A DNA stretch of 61,905 bases. It comes from Histomonas meleagridis 2922-C6/04-290x (lineage: Eukaryota; Protista; Parabasalia). Made by a program: the position numbers and the translations under genes. The notes under the pieces are model-generated. The model ran no database searches and was not told where the DNA came from. It was given only the letters and a program-made list of their open reading frames with translations. The stretch lies in the NCBI GenBank assembly GCA_020184695.1, contig JAANOX010000197.1, positions 1 to 61,905 of the forward strand, written 5' to 3'. Shown here piece by piece: positions 9,961 through 20,149 of this stretch (the stretch's first letter is position 1; each line of letters opens with the position of its first letter).

Positions 9961-10443
9961 ATGGAAGAATTCCAAAACTATTTAATCAGTGAGTACAAAG
10001 TTCAAGACTATGCTGCTGTTGAATTTAAGTATAACCACTCTGAAAACATTAAATTGGACAAGAAATCGGAGAAATATGTTGTTCAACACGTTATTCTTGT
10101 CGGAATAAAGTTTTATGACGGAACATTAAAGCTTTTACACTCTGCTAACATTAAATTTGTTAATAATGTTCTCGCAAAAGTGTGTGAAAAGAAGTTAGTA
10201 AATATAGCTCCTGCAGAATCTAATAATAAATTTATGGCAGCAAGATCTGATATTATTAAAATAATAACGGATGAATTGATTGCTAAATTGAATGAAGTAG
10301 GAAGCAAGCTTAAATCTGTAGAAAGTTATTCTGGAAAAGCAAACAGTAATATTTCAATTCCTGACGAGTTTAAAGGAGAATTAATTAAAATTTCTGATTC
10401 CACAAACATTAACACAACTGATAAACAACAATTTGAAATGTAA
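9961..10443 (+). CDS. Hypothetical element protein (160 aa)
   Basis: Clean ATG ORF with a class-1 motif. Confidence 0.7.
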   Translation: MEEFQNYLISEYKVQDYAAVEFKYNHSENIKLDKKSEKYVVQHVILVGIKFYDGTLKLLHSANIKFVNNVLAKVCEKKLVNIAPAESNNKFMAARSDIIKIITDELIAKLNEVGSKLKSVESYSGKANSNISIPDEFKGELIKISDSTNINTTDKQQFEM

Positions 10444-10508
10444 CATTCAACTTTTTATTAATTTTTGATGGATCAAAAAAATAACTCTAATTTTAAAAAA
10501 ATATTTTA

Positions 10509-10525
10509 TTTTTACGACTAAGAAA
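10509..10525 (+). promoter_or_regulatory. Class-1 upstream motif
   Basis: tttttacgactaagaaa before ATG 10531. Confidence 0.55.
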
Positions 10526-10530
10526 TAGAG

Positions 10531-11106
10531 ATGGAATCAAACTGGATCGAATGTGTCGTCGATAATGATTATGAAATTAATACATCATTTCCGCATCAAA
10601 TCCGTAGGAAAAATAATAAAAGAATTATTAGTGAACATGTTGATAACACAATAGGAGGTTATGTTATATGTCATTTAAACAACAAGAAGTATCAAAAACA
10701 CCGCATTATTGCTTTGCAGTTCATTGAAAATGATGATCCAAAAACTAAAAAATATGTGGATCACATCAATCATATCAGAACAGATAACAGAATTGAAAAT
10801 CTTCGATGGGTATCGTCGAATAAAAATAATTTAAATAAATCATCGCATTTTGGCGTAGAATATGAATATGTTGATGATATACCTAATGATTCAATTGAAA
10901 TATTACAATACGGCAAACATAACTTTGTCGATTACTATTATGTCGAAGAAGAAGATAAATTTTATTTCTGGAACCGAATTAAATTTAGGAAACTTAATAT
11001 CTGCTTCAATAAATGTGGTTATGCATTTGTTTATGCAAATGATATTGATGGAAAAAATGTTAGAATATATTATTCAAAGTTCAAAAAAGAATATGGGTTA
11101 GTGTAA
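10531..11106 (+). CDS. HNH homing-type endonuclease (HNH_3-like)
   Basis: KHRIIALQFI...VDHINHIRTDNRIENLRWVS..NN. Confidence 0.9.
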   Translation: MESNWIECVVDNDYEINTSFPHQIRRKNNKRIISEHVDNTIGGYVICHLNNKKYQKHRIIALQFIENDDPKTKKYVDHINHIRTDNRIENLRWVSSNKNNLNKSSHFGVEYEYVDDIPNDSIEILQYGKHNFVDYYYVEEEDKFYFWNRIKFRKLNICFNKCGYAFVYANDIDGKNVRIYYSKFKKEYGLV

Positions 11107-11130
11107 GCGTTGGATCAAAAATTATTTTTA

Positions 11131-11871
11131 GAATTAATGTTATCATAAAGGACACTATGACAGGACAGTCTTCCCGGAATTGATGAAACCAAACTCTTTT
11201 TACACGAGGAGGAAATAGAAATTACAAAATCCCTGAAATCAGTGATTTTCACGTCATTTTTCGAGGTATTACTGCGAAAATGGGTGTTTAGATGTCAAAC
11301 CTATTAAAAATGATAGGTATTCATGTTAAAATGGCGTGTTTTGACGTCAAACCTATTAAAAATGATAGGTAATGCTTCTAAAACCACCTAAAATCAGTGA
11401 TTTTCACCACTTTTGCTATTTCCAGAATTTCTACTTTCTACAACTACTTACTTTTTTATTTATCCAGGTAGACTGTCCTATTATAATGTCCTATATATAA
11501 AAATAAAAAAAATTCTAGTTTCGACATCTTCCGATAGTGATTAACAGTAAATAATAACAAATAAATCTAGTACAGACATCTTCCGATAGTGGGTAAACAG
11601 TAAATATTAGTGTAGACATCTTCCGTAAATGATTAGCAGAAATATAGTGTCAAACCTTAAATTTACCCCGTTTTTAGTGATTTTCGATAGTTTTGCTATT
11701 TCCAGAATTTCTACTTTCTACAACTATTTACTTTTTATTTATCCAGGTAGACTGTCCTATTATAATGTCCTATATATAAAAATAAAAAAAATTCTAGTTT
11801 CGACATCTCCGTATAGTGATTAACAGTAAATAATAACAAATAAATCTAGTGCAGACATCTTCCGATAGTGG
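11131..11871. repeat. Terminal repeat region of the element
   Basis: Module homologous to 4572-4975 (imperfect 30-bp inverted arms, 11149-11178 vs 11463-11492, 25/30). A ~181-bp direct duplication (11411-11592 and 11691-11871). Five copies of a gacatcttccgatagtg-like motif (11523, 11575, 11615, 11802, 11854). Confidence 0.9.
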
Positions 11872-13108
11872 TATCATATGGTAGCGACGAAGGAGCGAAC
11901 CAACACACCGAGGCGCAAGGCGCCGAAGAGCAAGCCGTAGGCTAAAGCGCAGGGTGCTACCCAAGCTAGCCAGGTTTTGCATGTGTGTGTGTTGGATGAA
12001 ACAAAACAATTTCGAAACATATGAAAATTCTTCTCAATGCAATGCTTGAGAACACAATAGCCCTGATACAATAAGTGAATCTTGGTCAATTTACCAAATT
12101 TGACTTCAATAAACATTTTTGATTTTATTTTCATCCATGAATGTGTTGAAAACAATATGCTGTGAAAGAGGGTCTTTTTATTAATAATAAATTTTGGCTT
12201 TTTCAAGTTTTTATATATCTGATATCTGATAATATAATTTTGAAAAAAAAATTATTCTAAATTTGTCAATAAAACATATTTTCGATTTGCTTTGGGAGCG
12301 CATGGAGACTGGCCACTAATTATATATGTAACGAGAGATATATGAGAAAATTATACATTTTTATATTGTTTTTGCCGCTAACCATTAATAGTATTTACTA
12401 ACAAACGATTTATATTAACATTATTTTTTTTTTTTTTTTTTGATCTATTTTTACAAATTCTTATTTACAAATCCATTACATTGTTAATTTTGCTAAACAT
12501 TCGATTTAAATAATATATATTGGAAATAAATAATATATAAAACACAAAAAATTTGTTTATAAACCAATTTTATAGGAAGACAAGTAAAGCCACTTTTTGA
12601 GCTTTGCTCAAAAAGTGTCTCAGCTATTTCACTAATATTTTTTATAAAAATTATTATTGAGAAAATAAATTGATGTAATTATAATATTAATTAATGGTAT
12701 TATTTACATGTCTTTTTTTATTAACTTCGAGAAAACAATCTTTAATAAGATAATATTCTTAATTTAAAAAACAATAATATATCAACTACAGATTACGCAC
12801 CAAATCAAAAATATCGAAAACGAATTTATAGAAATGATTGAAGTTAATATCTGATAAATATTTTAGATCAATATCCTATAAGCAGGAAAAAAAGGTTCGA
12901 ATTTATGAATAATCAATTTTACTAATTTTTTTTTTCCTATTCAAATTCTGAATATAATATTTCGATATAAAATTATATAGCTATTTTCATAATAAATGTA
13001 TTTATAAATTTTGAAAAATATTGTTTATTAAAGAAGATATTTTTGTTTTATTTTGAGGTTCAATCACTTTTTCTTTGAAATGATTAAACCCATTTTATAA
13101 TAAACATA

Positions 13109-13198
13109 GATCGTAACCTTAATATCAACTCCTTAATGTTCAAGAAGTAATTTAACTATTTCTAGATTACCATTATTAGATGCTTTCAAAAGTGCTGT
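13109..13198 (-). pseudogene. Isolated ankyrin repeat remnant
   Basis: Minus strand TALLKASNNGNLEIVKLLLEH*GVDIKVTI. Confidence 0.7.
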
Positions 13199-13644
13199 GT
13201 TGAATGTTTCGAATAATTTCCAAATCTAATTCTGAAGCATAACATTAATCACCCTCTTTCGATCGTGATCTGTATTTTTAATAAGTCGAGTTTCTGTGAG
13301 AGATAATATAAATGATGTAAGAAGAAATGTTAGTCCATATATAGAGATTAAAATCAAAGTTTAATATAATTAATATGTTATTAGATCAAAAAAATTATGC
13401 ATCAATCAACGGGAAAATTATTGTACATCTATAAAATTGATATATCAATCTATTGATATATATAATATAAATAAAATTATTATACTATCATAATTATAAT
13501 AACCATTATTTATATTATTATAAAAAAATTGATTTTTGAAGAAATTATATAATATTCAAAGAATCCAAATTTAACAAAGAAAAAAAATCTTCTTCAAAGG
13601 TGGGGTCCACTAAATTGAATAGAAAACGATTATACGATAAATTC

Positions 13645-14839
13645 ATAAACGGTCTCCCCGATAATTTATTTTTTTTCAAGAAATCTCGGTGGTTGAATGT
13701 AATACTTACGATTAAAAATAAACAATATCTCTGCCTAATGATGTACTTATTATTTATTGTAATATTAAGATTTTTGATAAAATATGACAGCTAATTAAAT
13801 TTTATATTGATATAAGATGAAAAAATCGTTATATTACATTTTTAGAATTTTTCCTTATATGGTCCTGAAAAAAAAGAAATTGAAGAAAATAAAGAAAAAA
13901 AAGAAAATTAAGAAAAATGATGAATAAATCATCATGAAAGCAAAATTCAATTTTGAGATTAATATGCGAAATTCCATTTAATAATGTGATAATATATTTT
14001 ATGAAACAAATTTAGAATCCATAAAAAATAAGAGAGAAAAAACAAAAAACGGAATATGCATTAAAAAGAACATCAAAAAAATTGAATTCAAATCGATCAA
14101 ATTGCATTCAATATAAAAAAATAAATTTTCAAATGAATAGAGAGGGATTAATATAAGTGATAAAACAAAATAAATTACAAATATATTATCGCATAATAAA
14201 TCAAAATCAAATGATAGAGAGATATTGAAAATTTGAAGATAAAAATTTCAAATGTAATTTGCGAACACATTTCAATAGATATTATTAATATTATACTCTG
14301 TTTATATAATTTATACATCCATGTAATTTTTTATTAATAATAAATTGGATTTAATCTATATAATTACGAAATAAATATGTTTCAAAACCTATTTTCTTGT
14401 TTTGACTTTTAGGCTTTTTTCAATGAGTTTTAATCGTATTTTTAGACTTTAAACAACATTATCTCAATAAGTAAAGATAATCACAAAATATAAACCCAAG
14501 TATAAAACTGAGATACAACATTAATTATAATTTTGCATTATTGAAAAATTCGAATTTTTAGGTTTGATATGAACAGAACTTAATGATTAACCAATAAAAG
14601 TTAAAAACAGCTAAATATTTATTTATATTTTAGAAATTGTAATAATGTAATAGAACGGTTTTTTCATCTCATATTAATATAAAATTTAATTAGCTGTCAT
14701 ATTTTATCAAAAATCTTAATATTACAATAAATAATAAGTACATCATTAGGCAGAAATATTGTTCATTTTTAATCGTAAGTATTACATTCAACCACCGAGA
14801 TTTCTTGGAAAAAAATAAATTTCCAGGGAGGTCGTTTAT
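13645..14839. repeat. Fold-back inverted repeat (~185-bp arms, ~820-bp spacer); possible non-autonomous TIR element
   Basis: 13645-13830 is the reverse complement of 14654-14839 with few mismatches (core aaatctcggtggttgaatgtaatacttacgattaaaaat...). No TSD found. Confidence 0.85.
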
Positions 14840-15534
14840 ACTGCACCATTAAAAAAAGAGAATAATAAGATGAGAAAAAAAATTAAGAGAAGATAAAAAA
14901 AGAATATAGTAAAAAATGGCCAGCGCGAAGGATAAGAAGGAAAAAGTGCGTAAGTAAATCATTTAATTCGAATGAAACTTTTTCTAATAATAAAGTTTTC
15001 AATATTGAATGACGATACATGTAAAGAATAAACATCAGAAAAAATAACCGCAATTTTCTAGGAAAAACTGGGAGCCGCTCCGATAGATGAAATTGAATGA
15101 TGATTTTTGAGGAGAAATTACGGTTAGAGTGTCAACCGTCTGTTTTGTTCTTATATATTATAATAATATATTTTTTTTAATTTTAAGTGTCAAATCTCTA
15201 TATAAGTGTTTTTGTTTTATAAAGATTTAAAAATATCCTTTGCTATTATTCTTAATCTCTGTCAAATACTTATATCTAATTATGAGAATAAGAATAAGAG
15301 ATAAATTTGTTTGATCTAATTTCAAACGACCGTTTAGAGAATAGGACACATTATATATAAAATAATAATAACTTTTTTTCGATTGGGTTGTGTAAAAGTG
15401 GCTTTTGTTTGCATATGTGCAATAAGGTCTTCAAAAACTAATATTTAGACAATGTCTTGTAATATTTAATTTCGTTTTGCGTTTCGTTTTTTTCATATAC
15501 AAGTAATGACCATTGTTATTTTATTCTCATACTA

Positions 15535-16874
15535 ATGAGAATGATTTCTTTTATGTTTTATATTTTTACAATTCAAGCATTTGAAATATTTGATAATAAA
15601 ACAAAAACACTTACATTAAAAACACAAGGAGATTTTGAAAGTGCAAAAAAATATGAAAAAGAAACTTTATTTTTAATTATAGAGGGTGAAATTACGAAAA
15701 TACCAAATTCTGCATTTAAAGATTGGAGTAATCTAGCATCTGTTAAAATTGGTAACTCAGTAACTTTAATTGGCAATCAAGCATTTGAGAATTGCAAAAA
15801 TTTATCAAATGTTACTTTTGGTCAAAATGTTACCACAATTTCAGATTCTGGATTTTATCAATGTACTAAATTATCCATAGTTATTTTTAATGAAAATTTA
15901 ATTGAAATCAGTTGGAAATCATTTTATCAATGTTCATCACTAAAAAGTATTAATTTATCAAATTCTGTAACTACTATTGGCTGGTATGCATTTTCTCATT
16001 GTGAGAAACTTTCACGAATTATTTTGGGAGAAAATTTAACTATAATTGAAAATTATGCATTTAATACTTGCAAAAATTTATCAGAGGTTGTTTTTAATGA
16101 AAAATTGACCCAAATTGGGAGAAATTCATTTTTTATTGTATTTCGCTTGAAAGAATTAAATTACCAAATTCACTTTCTTCAATTAAAAACCTTTGTTTCT
16201 TGCAATGCACTAAATTATCAAATGTAATTTTTGGAAATAAATTAACGGAAATTGGTTATAGAGCATTTGGCTATTGTTTTTCTCTTAAAAATATCGAGTT
16301 ACCAAGTTCATTAACTATTATCAGTTCAACTGTTTTTGATAGTTGTTATAATTTATCAGTTGTTATTATAGGCGAAAATGTGGTTTCAATTGAGAAATAT
16401 GCATTTTACAATTGTAAATCTCTAACTTGTCTTTATTATTATGGCCACTCACAACCTAAAGTTATTGATAATGCATTTGATAATTGTCCTGTCAAATGTG
16501 TGATGACATTGGATTCATATAATTCAACAAAATTTGGTAAATTTAATGTATCAAAAGGAACAACAATCGAAAATTGTAATCCATGGCCAACACATACATT
16601 AACACAATCAAACTCTTTTACACAATCAAACTCATTTACACAATCAAATTCATTAACACAATCGAATGTGTTTACAACAGCAAATACATCTTCTGTAACA
16701 TATACAAATTCTAATATATATTCTAATTCAATCACGAATTCTAATATATATTCTAATTCAATCACGAATTCAAATATTACATCAAATTCATTTCCATTAA
16801 GATCTGGTTCAAAAACTGTTACACTTGCTTTTGGTGCAAGTATTATTTCTTTATTATTCTTAATTTTATTTTAA
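15535..16874 (+). pseudogene. BspA-like (TpLRR/LRR_5) surface protein with a 1-nt frameshift
   Basis: Repeated IGxxAFxxCxxLxxIxI units in both 15535-16227 and 16200-16874. The frame changes at a T6 run (16129-16134). S/T-rich stalk (TQSNSF repeats) and hydrophobic C-terminus. Confidence 0.85.
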
Positions 16875-17120
16875 TAATCATTCATAATATTTTTAGATAT
16901 CAAAGAAGAAAAAGACAACAACAGTAAATAATATCATCAAATTGATGTAATGAAACCTTTAAAATAAAATGAAGAGTTCTCTAAAACATATTTAAAGGGA
17001 AGTATTACTTATATCTTTTAAAAAATTATTAATATAAGCTTTGTGTGGGTTAAGAAAAAAAAATCAATGATATAAATTTTATATACCCTGTTTCGGTTAA
17101 GAAACATTTTTTCATAATTT

Positions 17121-17786
17121 TCAGCAGTTATTCTTTTTATTAATAAAAAATCGGCAAATTAGCCTTCGTAAATCATCCGCTGTGTACACAGCCACATTTA
17201 TATATGACAATAGTTCACCGGTATTTCCTTTTAGAAACAATTTAAACATATCGATATGGTCATATGTTAATGGTGTTGATGCATAATATTCGAGAACAAG
17301 TTTTAAGCCGAATAGTTCGGCAATTTTAATGTTGTCACCAGCAGCTATGCTCTTAGCAATTCTAATCTTTTGATATGATTTTAAATGACAATTTTGGTAA
17401 ATATATTGGAAAATGGAATATGATCCATGTCATGCGAATAAGCTCAAAAATTCTTCTTTCCTTTTAGTAAAATGTTTTTTGAATTCAGAAAGGTTATTTA
17501 AAATAAATGCAAAACGAAGAGATTCATCATTTATATTATATTTATTGATATTTTTTTGAAAAAGCTTTTCTCAAGAGTTTGGCTAAACATGTAACCATAA
17601 ATGTATTTTAGAAACAAGTTTACGATAGAGTTCAATATAAAAATTTTGATTGAAAATCCTGCGCTTTACAAGAATAAGAATATGTGAACACCCATAGTCC
17701 AAATAATTTTCGTCATGCTTTTTAAATAGTCCTTTAAATAATTTCATTGCTGAGTTAAAATCACCAACTGTTATATTATCAATCAA
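17121..17786 (-). pseudogene. Degenerate DUF3447/ankyrin-associated-like gene
   Basis: One frame with three in-frame stops; segments FA*HGSYSIFQYIY and SIAAGDNIKI resemble AAFFGSxxCFKYL / AIAGGNxEII (compare 50215-51316). Confidence 0.45.
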
Positions 17787-18218
17787 GAACTTTCTGTGAA
17801 ATATTTCGCTGAAAGTAAATTGGGCCTTTCATCAGATGATTATTGGGTTTCTGGAAGTCAATCAATTTTCCATATTAATCTAAGACTAAAAGGTGGTAAA
17901 GGAGGATTCGGTAGAGCTATGAGACAAGAAGGTGAAAGGAGATCAAGAAGGCTTCCACCAAATAAAGATTCATGTAGAACATTAAGTGGAAGGCGAATTG
18001 GATTTTTATAAGCAAAGAGAAGAGTTGTTGAACTCAAAGCAAAGATAAAGGAAATGGAAGAAATCGAGCAACGTGAACAAAAGATAAGTGAATCAATCCG
18101 CGAAGCTGTTGAATATTCACAGCAAAGAATGCAACAAATGAATGAAGAAAGAAATATTGTTTCAAATCCACTTATTGGCCTGAGCGAATTTTCAATGTTA
18201 CTTGAAGGAAATGAATAA
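17754..18218 (+). pseudogene. SDE2: SDE2-like (ubiquitin-fold, LxLxGGKGG) gene with in-frame TAA and no clear ATG
   Basis: NLRLKGGKGGFG...KDSCRTLSGRR is the SDE2 signature; the frame continues past TAA 18009-18011 as a coiled coil to TAA 18216. Confidence 0.75.
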
Positions 18219-18539
18219 AAATCGTGTTTTAAATGTTTTTTAATATGGTTTTCACCTTCCATCTGATCAAATGATTCTTTTGGAGATAACTTTTGGTAAA
18301 TTTAAGAATTAGAAAACACTTCTTGAACATTTCATGCATGAATAATTCATTTATAATAATAAAAATGGGTTATAATACCTCTGTAAGTAATATTTATTAC
18401 ATTGTTTTAAAACAAAAAACTAAAAATTTATAGCAGATTATTTTTATTGCTTCAAAACTTAAGTTTTCTTTGATATTATGATATTCATATATGAATATTC
18501 CTAAAGGTTTTTGGTATTATTACCATTTTTTTTCATAAT

Positions 18540-18809
18540 CTTGAAGTAATTTAACTATATTTTCATGAAAATTTAAATTTTTAATTAATTATAATTTTAA
18601 TAATTAATTATTTTTAGATGCTATCATAAATGCTGTATTAAATAATTTAAATAATTTCCAAATATTATTTTGAAATATAAAATTATTTATATAAATTTTA
18701 AATAAAACAAAAAAAAAATATCTTTAGCATTAATATCAATTCCTTCTTGTTCAAGAAGGAACTTATCTATTTCTGTATTAACTTTTGAAGATGCTTTCAT
18801 AATTGCTGT
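18540..18809 (-). pseudogene. Ankyrin repeat remnants separated by an 83-nt AT-rich spacer
   Basis: TAIMKASSKVNTEIDKFLLEQEGIDINAKD, then spacer 18637-18719, then TAFMIASKN. Confidence 0.7.
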
Positions 18810-20149
18810 CATGAATAATTTAAAATATAAATTATTATATAATTCGTGGAATGCTTACATATGTAATGAAAAAAAAAACAAAAAATATGTTTTTTGGGAG
18901 TTGAAGTATCTCTATTAATGCTAAAACTATTTATTCATTTAGCTGTTGTTCCGTTTTTGTGTTTGATTTTTTCAGAAGAAACCAATCGTCGTTCAGGAAA
19001 ATAAATTCAAAAGAGAAATTCGGATTTTTTGGGTGGATTTCTGTTGTCGATTCTTTCTTTGACGGTATCAGAAAAAATAACAATATCTTGAGTTTACTTT
19101 AATTCTAGTAAAAATAACTTTGCTCATTTTTAATTACAATAAAGAAAAAGATATGAACAATATCAATAAATTTTAGGGGAAAAAAAGATATGATCGATTC
19201 ATAAAAATGAGTATTTCATTGTTATTGAGCAATATACATATTTAAAAAATAATTTTAATATGATTTTCTTTTAATTTTCTTCATCATAATGTTATCATCC
19301 AGCACATATTTCTGTATTAAGTCTGACAATTACATTGTTATTTTTTTCAAAATCAGTTTTAGATAATATAGTGGAATTTTTTTTTATTTTTTAATTCAAT
19401 TTTATTTTTCCGAACCCATCCAAAGTTCTTTCAATAATGTTATATTTAACGTCATATTTTGAACGAATTGACTGCCGACATCATTGAACTCATTGAGATT
19501 ACACGACTTAAACAAAGGCTTCTAAATTCATTTATAATTAATCAAGATCATAATATCGTTATTTATCCAAGAATTAAACAAAGAATTGCTACTCTGCTAG
19601 AAATATCATCACACTAATAATTAAGTCAACATTTAGAAGGTCATTGAAGATTCAATAGATTTGAAGACATAAAATCTTAACAAAAATTTAAATAAAACCT
19701 AAAAACAAAACGCTACAGCCATAAATATTTAATTACATAGATGAATAGGTATTCAAGAAATCAAAGAGACGATTTTTGCGCGCATCACTAAGGATATCTG
19801 CAGCCTTGTATACACTCTCTAAATTTGGTTCATGACCAAACACAAATTTGCATTGTTGATTGTGTAGAAGTGAACTTTTTGAGCGTTTTTCTTTCATAAA
19901 CCCGTTCGATGTCGAGTGATATCACTTTCAGACAAAAAAATGTTTTGGCAATTGAAATGAGGGAACTTTCTGTCACTTTTCAATGAAAACATTACGTTTC
20001 CAGCTTTGTAAACAGCTTCCGATCGCAAAAACAACAAAACATGCATCAACAAAAGTTAAACCAACGAACCGACGAAAACGCGGCGCGGTTGAAACTCTCT
20101 GTATCGTTTTTGATTGATTTATTAGCAAGTTTCCCAAGTTTTCTCGCAA

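Larger units (their letters stand above)
1..11975. mobile_element. Endogenous Polinton/Maverick-like virus, right-hand part (left end outside window)
   Basis: Gene-dense, intron-less block with B-family polymerase motifs, A32-like packaging ATPase, two penton-like ORFs, a fibre and an HNH nuclease. It ends in a repeat-rich non-coding region (11131-11871) and a GC-rich tip (11880-11974), after which gene density collapses. The exact right boundary is uncertain and no TSD can be tested. Confidence 0.9.

Noticed and set aside
11629-12206. Track ORFs overlapping the terminal repeats and GC-rich tip
   Set aside because: Non-ATG starts, no recognisable motifs, and they span the repeat/host junction.
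18930-19950. Short coding-like fragments on both strands
   Set aside because: Open stretches under 60 codons with no family I can recognise; possibly decayed genes but unsupported.
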